64,000 nt of DNA from Candidatus Nanosynbacter sp. (GCA_015257485.1 JABZKC010000001.1:5078-69077), one strand, 5' to 3'. Positions 10,068 through 19,972 are shown, counted from the first letter of the stretch. Program-made: numbers and translations. The notes: generated by a model not told the origin, from the sequence alone.

Positions 10068-10262
10068 ATGCCAAAGCTTAAAACTCACAAAGGTACCGCT
10101 AAGCGTATTAAAATTTCCGGCACCGGTAAATTAATCCGCGAACGCGCCTATGGCAACCACATTCTTGCCAAAAAATCTAAAGCCCGCAAACGTAACATGA
10201 AGACTGCTGGTGCAGTCGAGGGTAAGATTGCTAAAAATATTAAAAGCGCATTAGGAGTTTAA
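10068..10262 (+). CDS. rpmI: 50S ribosomal protein L35
   Basis: [37 protein letters not shown], 64 aa. Confidence 0.9.
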   Translation: MPKLKTHKGTAKRIKISGTGKLIRERAYGNHILAKKSKARKRNMKTAGAVEGKIAKNIKSALGV

Positions 10263-10264
10263 TC

Positions 10265-10618
10265 ATGAGAATCAAAAGAGGTGTTGCCGCACGCGCAAAA
10301 CATAAGAAAATTCTAGCTGCCGCTAAGGGTATGCAACATTATCGCACCCGCAGCTTCCGTCTAGCTAAACAAGGTGTTATTAAGGCCCTTCGCTACGCTT
10401 ACCGCGACCGCCGTAATCGTAAACGCGATCTTCGTGCTCTTTGGATCACCCGTATCAATAACGCCGCTCACCAATATGATTTGAACTATTCTCAACTCAT
10501 CAATGGTATGAAAAAGCAAAATATCGCTGTTGATCGCAAGATCTTGGCCGAATTAGCTGTCAACCAACCAGCTGCCTTCCAAGCAATTGTCGAACAAGTT
10601 AAAAAGGAGATCAAATAA
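10265..10618 (+). CDS. rplT: 50S ribosomal protein L20
   Basis: [17 protein letters not shown]...[26 protein letters not shown], 117 aa. Confidence 0.95.
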   Translation: MRIKRGVAARAKHKKILAAAKGMQHYRTRSFRLAKQGVIKALRYAYRDRRNRKRDLRALWITRINNAAHQYDLNYSQLINGMKKQNIAVDRKILAELAVNQPAAFQAIVEQVKKEIK

Positions 10619-10809
10619 TGGCTATTTGCGAAATTTCCGGTAAAGGAAAAATGTACGGTCATAATGTAAGCTTCTCCCAGCACAAGACCCGTAAAGTTTT
10701 CAAACCGAACATCCAAAAGAAAACCCTCCTCATCGGTGGCAAGAAACTTAAGATCAATGTTAGTACCGCAGCTCTTCGTACTTTGAAGAAAAAAGGTTTG
10801 ATCAAATAA
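10618..10809 (+). CDS. rpmB: 50S ribosomal protein L28
   Basis: [35 protein letters not shown], 63 aa. Its start overlaps the rplT stop. Confidence 0.85.
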   Translation: MAICEISGKGKMYGHNVSFSQHKTRKVFKPNIQKKTLLIGGKKLKINVSTAALRTLKKKGLIK

Positions 10810-10834
10810 TTTATTCATTTGGATATAACAAAAT

Positions 10835-10856
10835 AGACCCGTAAGGGTCTATTTTT
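10835..10856. terminator. Bidirectional rho-independent terminator shared by the convergent rpmB and rnpB
   Basis: Hairpin AGACCCGTAAGGGTCT followed by TATTTTT on the plus strand, and by ATTTTGTT on the minus strand. Confidence 0.6.
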
Positions 10857-11262
10857 AAGCTATCAGTAAGCCGGGTTTTGTAACTAAAAGGCGCAAATAC
10901 TCTTATCACAAGTAAAACCACAATAAAAGTTTCTTCCCTTTTTAGCCGATAATCATCTATCTAGATATTTTGTTGCCAAAATATTCAAGCGGTAAGCGTG
11001 CATCTTCGAACCAAAGTTTAGTAGCACTCCTTGCAGCCAGTAGGGTTTGCCATCAACCATGTCACCATGGATTGCCGTAAGCTCTTACCTTACACTTTTC
11101 ACCCTTGCCCGAAGGCGGTATTGTCTCTGTGGTACTTTCCCTATTCTTCAATTTTTTAGGCCGAAGCCGTCTAAATTTTCGAACGGTCGCCATTAACGAC
11201 TACTGCGTTCTATGCTGCCCGGACTTTCCTCTTGGCTAAGCCAAGCGATTATCTTTCAAGCT
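10857..11262 (-). ncRNA. rnpB: RNase P RNA (bacterial type), boundaries approximate
   Basis: Reverse complement contains GCTTGGCTTAGCCAAGAGGAAAGTCCGGGCAGCATAGAACGCAG (P3 hairpin plus the universally conserved GGAAAGUCCGGGC P4 strand). It also contains GGGTGAAAAGTGTAAGGTAAGAGCTTAC and the 3' ACAAAACCCGGCTTAC (P4 3' strand, compare ACAGAACCCGGCUUA). The ORF-track entry 11212..11421 overlaps it and is spurious. Confidence 0.75.
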
Positions 11263-11391
11263 CTACATCTATCTTATCACAATTTTTGTGATATTTTTAT
11301 TACTCAATATTTATGGCCAAAGATCCGTTTATCTACAAAGAATATCTTCACTGATTCTCTCCCATTTTCTCTAGTTTACCACAAGCGGCGT

Positions 11392-12267
11392 TTAAATCTT
11401 TTCAATCGTGTATTCGTCTAAAACCGTATTTAATTCCGCATCCGCTACCTGATTTTGCTCTCGCCTCACGTGCGTAAATGCCACCGCGTCAAATCGCTGA
11501 ATTAATTTCAAAATTTCCTCATACACCGGCAAAATATCACTATTTTTCACTGTATAAATTCCGTTCATTTGATTTACCATCATCAAATTATCCGACACGA
11601 ATTTCACAGTTTTAAATCCATATTCTAATGCTTTATCAATCCCCACCTTCAAGCCATAATATTCTGCCAATCTCGAGGTAGCATAGCCAATAAATTCCCC
11701 ACCTCGCGTTATTTCTTTGCCATTTTCATCAATAATTACGTAACCAACCGCCGATGGCCCCGGATTTCCCCTCGATCCCCCATCAGTATAAATCGTCGCC
11801 CCCAGCGCCGCTGCCCTCGCGTCAATTCGATTCATTTTACTAATCTTCTTATGACCAAATTCCACGCTAACCACCGAGGCAGTATCATCCGCTAAGCGAA
11901 AATCCGAATTAACATCCGCCGAAAAACTTACATATTTATAAGCTGAATATTTCTCATTCAATTCTAGCTTTAAATCACCACTTTCCGCCAAAGTTATATC
12001 ATATATGATATATAAATTATAAATATTCGACCCATCACTTTGATTTGTAAAAGTAATTACATCACGAATTTTAATCGTCTCAATCTTTTGATTCAAAGTC
12101 TCAAAAATCATTCGCCCCATCGCCTCTTCCGGCTGTTCACCAAAATTTATCTTCCCCGCCGGCAAACTCCACATCACCGCATCGGAGTCGTCATGTAATA
12201 CTTTTTTCAATAACAAAAAGCTGTCATCCTTTTTAATAATTCCGACTACTCTAACTTTTTGCTTCAT
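11392..12267 (-). CDS. Nudix hydrolase-like N-terminal domain fused to an RNase H (RNase HI-like) C-terminal domain
   Basis: N-terminal VVGIIKKDDSFLLLKK...LPAGKINFGEQPEEAMGRMIFETL (Nudix-box-like GX5EX7R..E). C-terminal AALGATIYTDGGSRGNPGPSAVGYVI...FVSDNLMMVNQMNG...REQNQVADAEL (RNase H TDGS/NPGP and DxxA signature). Confidence 0.65.
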   Translation of the reverse strand: MKQKVRVVGIIKKDDSFLLLKKVLHDDSDAVMWSLPAGKINFGEQPEEAMGRMIFETLNQKIETIKIRDVITFTNQSDGSNIYNLYIIYDITLAESGDLKLELNEKYSAYKYVSFSADVNSDFRLADDTASVVSVEFGHKKISKMNRIDARAAALGATIYTDGGSRGNPGPSAVGYVIIDENGKEITRGGEFIGYATSRLAEYYGLKVGIDKALEYGFKTVKFVSDNLMMVNQMNGIYTVKNSDILPVYEEILKLIQRFDAVAFTHVRREQNQVADAELNTVLDEYTIEKI

Positions 12268-12572
12268 TAATTCCCACCAAAATTCTCATGGTTAATATAC
12301 CTATTATAGAACAAAAAATCCTAATGGCATATATTTTCCGTAATATCTAACTACGGTGGGTAAAATCTTATGTAATAATTCCGCAGAACCATTACCACGA
12401 AATCCCTTAACATGACTATACAGAAAATCATGTTGCCACTAGGATAATTCGATTATAACAGTAAAAATTGCTTTCTGCAATTCAAATCTCGACCCTTCCC
12501 ACCCCAAGCAAGTACTAATACTCACCAGTCATTGCCACCTGATAATATCTACAATTCGCCCAATATTTCAAC

Positions 12573-13217
12573 CTACGCTGCCCCAACTAACAGATAAAAC
12601 ACACTTAAAATCCCCACCATCACATTATAGGTTATAGTCGATAATGCACTACCAAAAATCACCAAGAATAGATAAACAAACAAAATCCCCATACGCATTT
12701 CGATAAAATCCATCACCTCGCGTAACTTATCCGATAAGAAGTAATATAGTACCCTCGACCCATCTAGTGGTGGAATTGGAATTAAATTAAAAGCCATAAA
12801 ACCCAGATTCATAATAATCGTTTGACCAAAAATAAATCCAATCACGCCTCGATCATCTAAAAATCCCATAAAATGACCAATCATAAACATCAAAAATGCA
12901 ATCAAAAGGTTCATCATCGGCCCCGCTAGTGCTACAATTGCCATCGAGCCTTCCCCATTCCTTAAGTTTCGCTTATCTACTGGTACCGGTTTTGCCGCAC
13001 CCAGCACTACGCCACCCGTCAGATAAAGTAAAACTGGCAGAATTACCGATGTAAATAAGTCTAGGTGTACTAATGGGTTTAGCGATAATCTTCCCTCATC
13101 CTTAGCTGTCGTATCACCCTGAAAATAAGCCGCATAACCATGCGCCACCTCATGTAATACTGTAGAAATGATGATAATCGTAAAGACAATTATGAGATTT
13201 AATGGGTTCATATTCAT
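12573..13217 (-). CDS. Site-2-protease/M50-like membrane zinc metalloprotease (214 aa)
   Basis: HEVAHGYAAY (HExxH) in the first TM region, LSLNPLVHLD motif, and multiple TM helices. Confidence 0.55.
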   Translation of the reverse strand: MNMNPLNLIIVFTIIIISTVLHEVAHGYAAYFQGDTTAKDEGRLSLNPLVHLDLFTSVILPVLLYLTGGVVLGAAKPVPVDKRNLRNGEGSMAIVALAGPMMNLLIAFLMFMIGHFMGFLDDRGVIGFIFGQTIIMNLGFMAFNLIPIPPLDGSRVLYYFLSDKLREVMDFIEMRMGILFVYLFLVIFGSALSTITYNVMVGILSVFYLLVGAA

Positions 13218-13378
13218 ACCTATATTATATCACCCCCAAGGCCCAAACCCGTTCAGTCAACCATGAACACTAATTTTACTCAGAATCCACATCTGAACAC
13301 ATTTTTATACATTTTCATACTGCCCCACACCGCGACATCAAAAAACTCGCTATTTCGTGAGTTCCTTGAACACATTTT

Positions 13379-13831
13379 TTAATTAAGTACTACCACTTCT
13401 TGTGTGGTAGGTAAATCTTCTACACGCTTGATCTTCAGTTTCTTTTCCGTGCGAGCACTTAATTTAAGTTCTGCCACCATACCATCGACATTTCCTGTCG
13501 CTACGATAAGTTTAGGTCCAATTTCCCTAATCGCACGCACTGAGCTAGTACAGAGAATATCCGAGACACCGATGTCATCTAATCCCTCTTCAATATCACC
13601 CAAAATACCGATACGCACCCCAGATACACTCACATCGTAGATGGTTTTTGTATTGTTCATTACTGGCACACCTAAGATGGATACTTCCCCAATTTCGTAT
13701 TCACCAGGTCCACTAATTACCCCCACGCCCAGATCAGCCGCAATAGTACCTTCTACGAAATTAATCGTAATCTGCTTTGTACTGGTCTTAATCGTAATAG
13801 TTTCTGGACTTTTACTTTCTAATTCAAACAT
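13379..13831 (-). CDS. Hypothetical protein (150 aa)
   Basis: Co-directional with neighbours. No confident motif; weak resemblance to the C-terminal part of MBL-fold hydrolases, but the HxHxDH motif is absent. Confidence 0.45.
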   Translation of the reverse strand: MFELESKSPETITIKTSTKQITINFVEGTIAADLGVGVISGPGEYEIGEVSILGVPVMNNTKTIYDVSVSGVRIGILGDIEEGLDDIGVSDILCTSSVRAIREIGPKLIVATGNVDGMVAELKLSARTEKKLKIKRVEDLPTTQEVVVLN

Positions 13832-13868
13832 TTTCCTCCTTTATCTGTTCGGCCACCCTGCTATTTTA

Positions 13869-14474
13869 CTAATTCAACATTCCTTCTGGATCATATTGGA
13901 CAATGTGCTGCATTTCCATAATTTCTTTTAAGAATCGATCCTTCACACTCAATCGATATTTGAAATCATCACGCGAAATGATCACATAATTTAATGGCTT
14001 CCCCTCTTTTTTCTCCACTACTTCCGCCCAGCGCGAAAGCTTTTTCGTCCTATCATCCCCCACAACCAGCATATCAATTCCATCTTGTCCTGGCACGCGG
14101 TTCGTCACAAATAGGAAACTCAGGTATGACTTCACTGGGCAAATATATTCATCCCAAGTACTATCTTTCACTGCAGTCTCTACTAATACTTTATCAACTT
14201 TGGTCGAAAACATCATATTTAACGCTCTCGCGAATGGATGCTTCGTATTCGCTGAATAATAAACCTTATTGTCATAAGTTTCGTTCTTAATCACGCCAAT
14301 TGATTCAAGATTACTTAATTCACGGCGTACGGAATTAATTTGTTCATCGATTACCCTAGTCATTTCCCTGACATAGTAAGAACGCTCGATGTTACTAAAA
14401 AATAATGATAATAATTTTGTTCGCGTTTTTGAGCCGAACAATTTTTCTAAAGGAGTTGTATTTTCTTTGCCCAT
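13869..14474 (-). CDS. Hypothetical protein with an N-terminal winged-helix-like region (201 aa)
   Basis: N-terminal SYYVREMTRVIDEQINSVRRELSNLESIGVI resembles a wHTH. The rest is uncharacterised. Confidence 0.45.
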   Translation of the reverse strand: MGKENTTPLEKLFGSKTRTKLLSLFFSNIERSYYVREMTRVIDEQINSVRRELSNLESIGVIKNETYDNKVYYSANTKHPFARALNMMFSTKVDKVLVETAVKDSTWDEYICPVKSYLSFLFVTNRVPGQDGIDMLVVGDDRTKKLSRWAEVVEKKEGKPLNYVIISRDDFKYRLSVKDRFLKEIMEMQHIVQYDPEGMLN

Positions 14475-14506
14475 ATTACTTATATTTTAGCACCTGAAGC
14501 CGTATT

Positions 14507-15244
14507 TTAGTAGTGTTCAACCTGAAACTTCTCCAAAATCTTGTCTAAAATTTCCTCACGTTTGCACCATTTTATTTCCGGGTTCCGCTTAAACCAAGTC
14601 ATCTGGCGTTTTGCTAGCTGAAAATCTGAGATCGAAGCTAAATTTATCGCCTCCTCCAGGCTCAGTATGCCGTTCAAATAGTCCCAAACGTATCGATAAA
14701 TATTACTCTTCATCGCAGGCAGTCCAAAATCATACTTAGAAGCCAGTTCACGACATTCCTCATATAATTCTTCACCAAACATCGACTGAACACGTTTTTT
14801 AATACGCTTGCCTAGCTCTTCACGATCAGTTAAAATACCATAAATTTCGTACTCATCCCCCATTTTTTTCCGGTCAAGCTCTTTTCTTTTCGCCTCCTCT
14901 GAAAATTGATAGCCAAACACCAGTGCATCAACATAAAGTCCCGTCCCACCTACCACGATTGGCTGCCTACCACGCGCTAAAATCTCAGCAATCTTCTCTT
15001 TCGCATAGTTTTTCCAGTCCACCACCGTAAATCTCTCATTCGGTCGCACTAAGTCAAAACCAAAATGCGGCACATCGCCGCGCTCACCGAGATCTGGTTT
15101 CGCCGTACCGATATCCATCCCCTGAAAAATCGTCCGCGAATCTGCGCTGATAATTTCACCATTAAGACGCTTCGCCAGCTCCACCGCTACCGCCGTCTTC
15201 CCTGATGCTGTTGGCCCCACAATTGCGATAATTTTAGTGTTCAT
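14507..15244 (-). CDS. miaA: tRNA dimethylallyltransferase
   Basis: MNTKIIAIVGPTASGKTAVAVELAKRLNGEIISADSRTIFQGMDIGTAKP (P-loop plus the conserved SADS/QxY-like region). 245 aa. Confidence 0.9.
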   Translation of the reverse strand: MNTKIIAIVGPTASGKTAVAVELAKRLNGEIISADSRTIFQGMDIGTAKPDLGERGDVPHFGFDLVRPNERFTVVDWKNYAKEKIAEILARGRQPIVVGGTGLYVDALVFGYQFSEEAKRKELDRKKMGDEYEIYGILTDREELGKRIKKRVQSMFGEELYEECRELASKYDFGLPAMKSNIYRYVWDYLNGILSLEEAINLASISDFQLAKRQMTWFKRNPEIKWCKREEILDKILEKFQVEHY

Positions 15245-15315
15245 TTTTACGATAATTTTTTACTATAAAAATCTGGTCAGTGCCGCCCCTGTAACCTCAC
15301 TGACCAGACCCCTTA

Positions 15316-17106
15316 TTATTTAATATTTTGCAAGTATTCGACAAGCTCCGTTAGTGCCACCGTCTTTTCCGCATCCTTTTCGCGTACCGAAACCGTACCG
15401 TTTTCCTTGTCGCGTTCACCGACGATTAATAACACTGGCGTCTTCATCGAAACCGCACGCTTAATCTTCTTTCCGAGCGACTCATCAGACACATCCGCAG
15501 TAAAACGCAAATCATTATGCTTCAAGGGCGTCTCTAATGTCACCTCACTCAAAATCTGCTTGATTTTCTCTACATAATCTAGCACCTGGTCATTCACCGT
15601 CAAAATACGAACCTGTTCTGGCGCACACCAGAATGGAAACCAACCAGAGGTATGTTCGATAAATACCGACATAAAACGCTCAATTGAACCCAAAGTCGCA
15701 TGGTGAATCATCACTGGTTGTTCTTTTTCGCCATTCTCGTTCACAAAAGTCAAACCAAAGCGTTCTGGCTGTACGAAATCCAGCTGAATTGTCGCTACTT
15801 GATGTTCGCGACCAATCGCATCCTCAGCCATGAAGTCGATCTTCGGCCCATAAAAAGCAGCTTCACCTTCCATTTCGAAATAATCCAGTCCATTTTCGAT
15901 CGCCGCTTCTTTAATTTGTGCCTGTGCCATCTCCCAGAGTGATTTATCACCGAGATATTTATCTTCATCATTACGGTAAGAAAGGCGAGCACGTAATTTA
16001 CTCATCCCCACCACGGTATAGAGTTCACGCACGATCCCGACTAAGTTCTGAATTTCCGCCTTAATCTGCTCCTTACGACAGAAGACATGGGTATCATCCT
16101 GCGTTAAAGAACGCACACGCGATAGTCCACCCAGCTCACCAGACTTTTCATCACGGTAATCAGTCGTAGATTCCATATAGCGCACTGGCATTTCCTTGTA
16201 GGTGCGTGGACGACTAGCAAAAATCTGTGCGTGATGTGGACAGTTCATTGGTTTCAAAGCAAATTCTTCACCATTTACTTGAGAATGCACCAAGAATAAT
16301 TCCGCACCGAACTTTGCGTAGTGACCCGAGGCCTTATAGAGATCCAGCTTCGTAACATGTGGCGTCCAAACTCGCTCAAAACCGTATCTCGCCCGTAGTG
16401 ACAAGGAATAATTTGTCAAAACATCACGCAGTACAGTCCCACGAGGCGAGAAGAGCGGCAAACCTGCGCCCACTAATTCTGAAAAGCTAAATAAATCTAA
16501 TTCCTTACCAAGTTTGCGGTGGTCACGCGCTTTCGCTTCTTCTAGGCGCTGCAGATATTCCTTTAGTTCTTCTTCCGTCTCAAAGGCCACACCGTAAATA
16601 CGCGTCAACATTTCACGCTTTTCGTCACCACGCCAGTAGGCTCCTGCCACCTTAATTAGTTTGAAAGCACCGACCTTACCGGTATTCTCTACGTGTGGAC
16701 CCTTGCAAAGATCCATAAAATCACCGAGTTGATAGAAAGAAATAGTCTCTGATTCTGGTAAATCTTCAATCAGCTCTACCTTATATTTTTGATGATTTTC
16801 TTTCGCCCAAGCCAAAGCCTCTTCGCGACTCTTCTCCGAATAAACCAGGTCAAACTTCCTATTAATGATTGAATACATTTTTTTCTGAATCTTCGGAAGA
16901 TCAGCATCGGTAATTTTCACTGCATTTCCCTCTGCATCCTTCACTTCCGAAAGATCAATATCGTAATAAAAACCAGTTGCCGTCGCTGGGCCCACGCCAA
17001 ACTGCACTCCTGGATACATTTCAACCAAAGCGGCAGCTAAAACATGACTAAGTGTATGGCGCATTTTCATTACGTTTTGCTCATCTTCACCACATAGGTT
17101 ACACAT
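15316..17106 (-). CDS. thrS: Threonyl-tRNA synthetase (no long N-terminal TGS extension; the start may be at MKMRHTL)
   Basis: MRHTLSHVLAAAL..., class II motifs HHAQIFASRPRTYKEMPVRYMESTTDYRDEKSGELGGLSRVRSLTQDDTHVFC, and a C-terminal anticodon-binding domain. Confidence 0.95.
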   Translation of the reverse strand: MCNLCGEDEQNVMKMRHTLSHVLAAALVEMYPGVQFGVGPATATGFYYDIDLSEVKDAEGNAVKITDADLPKIQKKMYSIINRKFDLVYSEKSREEALAWAKENHQKYKVELIEDLPESETISFYQLGDFMDLCKGPHVENTGKVGAFKLIKVAGAYWRGDEKREMLTRIYGVAFETEEELKEYLQRLEEAKARDHRKLGKELDLFSFSELVGAGLPLFSPRGTVLRDVLTNYSLSLRARYGFERVWTPHVTKLDLYKASGHYAKFGAELFLVHSQVNGEEFALKPMNCPHHAQIFASRPRTYKEMPVRYMESTTDYRDEKSGELGGLSRVRSLTQDDTHVFCRKEQIKAEIQNLVGIVRELYTVVGMSKLRARLSYRNDEDKYLGDKSLWEMAQAQIKEAAIENGLDYFEMEGEAAFYGPKIDFMAEDAIGREHQVATIQLDFVQPERFGLTFVNENGEKEQPVMIHHATLGSIERFMSVFIEHTSGWFPFWCAPEQVRILTVNDQVLDYVEKIKQILSEVTLETPLKHNDLRFTADVSDESLGKKIKRAVSMKTPVLLIVGERDKENGTVSVREKDAEKTVALTELVEYLQNIK

Positions 17107-17175
17107 TCTGCCTTCTTTCTAATTACTCAAAATATTTCTTTTATTTTAACATATTTTATGGTAAAATACATCTAT

Positions 17176-17252
17176 GGGTCGCTAACTCAGCTGGCTAGAG
17201 TGTCTCCTTTACACGGAGGAAGTCGGGGGTTCGAATCCCTCGCGACCCACCA
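17176..17252 (+). tRNA. tRNA-Val (anticodon TAC)
   Basis: GGGTCGC/GCGACCC acceptor stem, D-arm ACTCAGCTGGCTAGAGT, anticodon stem-loop TCTCC-TTTACAC-GGAGG, T-arm GGGGGTTCGAATCCCTC, encoded CCA. Upstream TGGTAAAAT looks like an extended -10. Confidence 0.85.
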
Positions 17253-17301
17253 GATTATTCTCCTTCCGGGAGATTATTTTTTTGAATGATTTTTTGAATT
17301 T

Positions 17302-17769
17302 TTATCTCTTTTTCCCTGTAACTTCCAGAATATGATGATAATGCATGTGACCAGGCTCGTCGTCCCAAATCTTAAATTGTCTGCAACTTTCAATTTCTAA
17401 AGCAGTGTCCACAAAAAGACTCCTTAGACTTTCTTCCGTAAATCGCTTTTTTGCCACCTCATCTGCCATCTCGAAGGTGTGAATAAAAAATTTACCACCA
17501 CTTTTCAAATTCTTCGCGATCGAAAAAACCAATGCTTTTGAGCGCACCAATTTCTGTATCACATAATTTGAATAAACCAGATCGTATGGCGCATTCTCTG
17601 ATTGATACAAATAATTTAAATCCACACCAGTTAATAAGTCTACACCATCACACACCCAGCCAAGTTCTCGAAGACCCCTCATATCTACTTCTGGGCCACA
17701 ACCTAAATCTAATGCCTTCCCCGCCACTGGAAATTCTCTTAATACAAACTCTTTTAATTCCGGGTTCAT
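17302..17769 (-). CDS. Class I SAM-dependent methyltransferase (155 aa)
   Basis: LDLGCGPEVDMRGLRELGW (motif I GxGxG) and the Rossmann-fold pattern. Confidence 0.7.
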   Translation of the reverse strand: MNPELKEFVLREFPVAGKALDLGCGPEVDMRGLRELGWVCDGVDLLTGVDLNYLYQSENAPYDLVYSNYVIQKLVRSKALVFSIAKNLKSGGKFFIHTFEMADEVAKKRFTEESLRSLFVDTALEIESCRQFKIWDDEPGHMHYHHILEVTGKKR

Positions 17770-17783
17770 CTGGTAACCTCAAA

Positions 17784-19517
17784 TTATTTCTTCACCACTT
17801 TCTTCGTGACGTCAAATTTTTCCATATAATTCCCCACCATTAGCCTCGTCTGCGAATAAAACGCCGTAAAAGATTGATAAATAATCGCCACCACTGGCAT
17901 CAAAAGCCATTGTAACAGCATAAAAATCTTTGGTTTTTTAATATGAGCCGGACGCTTCGGTAACATCCTAAATGATAATAGAATCGTCGCCATCAAACCA
18001 ATCGAAGCAAATAATTGTACATAAGAAATTGTGTTCGGCAAATTAAAGGTCAAAAGTTCCTTCGAGGAAGCGTTGAGTAATTTTGGTACCCAACCACCAA
18101 ACGCCACCATCGGTGAAATCGAAGCTAAAGTTACGTGACCTTCAAGGAGTCTCGCAAATTTCACAAACAATGGCCAGAATTTCATGCCGGTGCGTTCCAT
18201 GCGGTCCTTTGAAAAAGTCCTCACCCCCACATAAGCCACATCCGAAGCCCCATAATCCCAGCGCCTTAACTGAATAAATTGCGCCTTCAGGGTCTTCCAT
18301 AAACCATTTTCAAGCACCGCATCCTGATAAATCGGAATATGGATCGGCTTCACGCTGTAATCACCCTTGAAGTAGAATAGCGAGCGCCAATATTGGTGAC
18401 CATCTTCCACAATTGTCAATTTACTCCAGTAACCCATATTTGATAACGCCAAAAATGGCTGCGAATGTGAAGCGAAATTTTTCAAAGTATGCACGCGCAT
18501 CGAGGAAATAATATTAAAAAATGAGTTCGAAACCGCGATAATTCGCATCGGCGCCGGCGTTTCCCAAATATTATTCGTAAACAATGAAATTGGCTGATAA
18601 CTCAAATGTTGACGGTTCGGACGTACGACAAATTCATAAGCCACATTATCTAGATATGACTTATGCATCTTATTGTCAGAGTCTAGAGAAGTTGCAATCA
18701 CATTTGCAAAATCAATCTTCTCTTTACGCAAGAATTTCGCTAGCTCCTCCGCTGCGTAGTCCAAATTTGGTCCCTTGCCCTGAATTTCCCCCTTCAAATC
18801 CTTCGGATGCATCACCGGAATAAAGGCATAAAAATCGTCTTTAAACTTTTCATATAACTGTTTCGCGTTCTCTTTCATCGCTTCCCCACCGCGCTCTTCG
18901 TAGCCGAACACTAAAATTATTTTCTTATTATCAAAGGTAGTATTTTTTACTGCCTCTACGGTCGGAATCAGAGTCTCGGGACCTTCATTATAAGCCACCA
19001 TAATCACTGCATGAAAAATATCCTCTGGTTTTGGGAATTCTACCTTCAGCACCTTGCCATTTTCATCTAACATCTTTTCCGACACCACTAAATCACGGCC
19101 AGTCGCTAGCATCTTCAGGTTTCTCACATGTTTATCGAAACCAAATTCAGTACTCTTTTTGCGATGATACTTCTCATAAGCCACATGTGGATCATATAAA
19201 TCCAAAAATCTCTGATGCCAGTCTACTTTTTCTGAAGCTCTCGAAGCCTGATACCCCTGCACGGTACGAAAAGTAATCCCCACTGCTTTCACTAAGGTCG
19301 TAGCAATAATAAATAGCAAATAATAAGACCCCAGTACCGGACTAATCAGCGAAAATACCACCAAAAGAATCAAAATCATATACGAAGTAAAGCCTGGTAG
19401 AATCTCAAAGAAGCGGTAAAGCTTCGTTCGCTTCCCCTGTGGTAAATCTAAACTATCCCAAACCGATTTCTCTGTACTATGTTGCGCTTTTTTCTGCACT
19501 TTTTGCTGTTTTTTCAT
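17784..19517 (-). CDS. Membrane-embedded processive family-2 glycosyltransferase (cellulose/chitin/hyaluronan-synthase-like)
   Basis: N-terminal TM helices, IMVAYNEGPE (D motif region), LDSDNKM (DxD) and QLRRWDYG (the Q(Q/R)xRW motif of processive GT2), followed by C-terminal TM helices. Confidence 0.65.
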   Translation of the reverse strand: MKKQQKVQKKAQHSTEKSVWDSLDLPQGKRTKLYRFFEILPGFTSYMILILLVVFSLISPVLGSYYLLFIIATTLVKAVGITFRTVQGYQASRASEKVDWHQRFLDLYDPHVAYEKYHRKKSTEFGFDKHVRNLKMLATGRDLVVSEKMLDENGKVLKVEFPKPEDIFHAVIMVAYNEGPETLIPTVEAVKNTTFDNKKIILVFGYEERGGEAMKENAKQLYEKFKDDFYAFIPVMHPKDLKGEIQGKGPNLDYAAEELAKFLRKEKIDFANVIATSLDSDNKMHKSYLDNVAYEFVVRPNRQHLSYQPISLFTNNIWETPAPMRIIAVSNSFFNIISSMRVHTLKNFASHSQPFLALSNMGYWSKLTIVEDGHQYWRSLFYFKGDYSVKPIHIPIYQDAVLENGLWKTLKAQFIQLRRWDYGASDVAYVGVRTFSKDRMERTGMKFWPLFVKFARLLEGHVTLASISPMVAFGGWVPKLLNASSKELLTFNLPNTISYVQLFASIGLMATILLSFRMLPKRPAHIKKPKIFMLLQWLLMPVVAIIYQSFTAFYSQTRLMVGNYMEKFDVTKKVVKK

Positions 19518-19537
19518 TCAAGTTATATCCGAATTAA

Positions 19538-19972
19538 TTAACCCTCACCTAGTAATCTAATGAAAACCAAAAAGCCCAGCACTAAAATACCTAGTGAAAT
19601 ACAAATAAACATTTTTGCCACCGCTGCACCTTTTTTCTCAAAAATTCGCAGTGCTAATAGATTATGTAATACCCCCAAAGTTAAAGCCAAGATTGGAAAA
19701 ATCAGCATCGCCTGCCAAGATCCGTCATGGTAACCACCCGAATTTGCCATCGAAGACCATTCTCCACCCTGATAACGTCCGATATCTCCATAGCTAATTT
19801 TCACAATTGAGGCATTTGGTTGCAAATTCAATGCCGAAAAAATCAAAAAAGCCAAAGACAAAATCAAAAGCAAAACCTGAAAAACTACCAGGCTACGCTC
19901 CTTTTGATATGCTTCCTTAAAAGTCGCAATTAATTCTTTCATTTCTCTTATTATACCATTTTTATTTATCAA
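19538..19972 (-). CDS. Hypothetical small membrane protein (144 aa)
   Basis: Three or four hydrophobic helices. Overlaps the upstream gene by 11 nt. Confidence 0.45.
   Translation of the reverse strand: MINKNGIIREMKELIATFKEAYQKERSLVVFQVLLLILSLAFLIFSALNLQPNASIVKISYGDIGRYQGGEWSSMANSGGYHDGSWQAMLIFPILALTLGVLHNLLALRIFEKKGAAVAKMFICISLGILVLGFLVFIRLLGEG

Noticed and set aside
11212-11421. 69-aa plus-strand ORF
   Set aside because: Lies inside the RNase P RNA gene (antisense to the conserved GGAAAGUCCGGGC region). Almost certainly non-coding.
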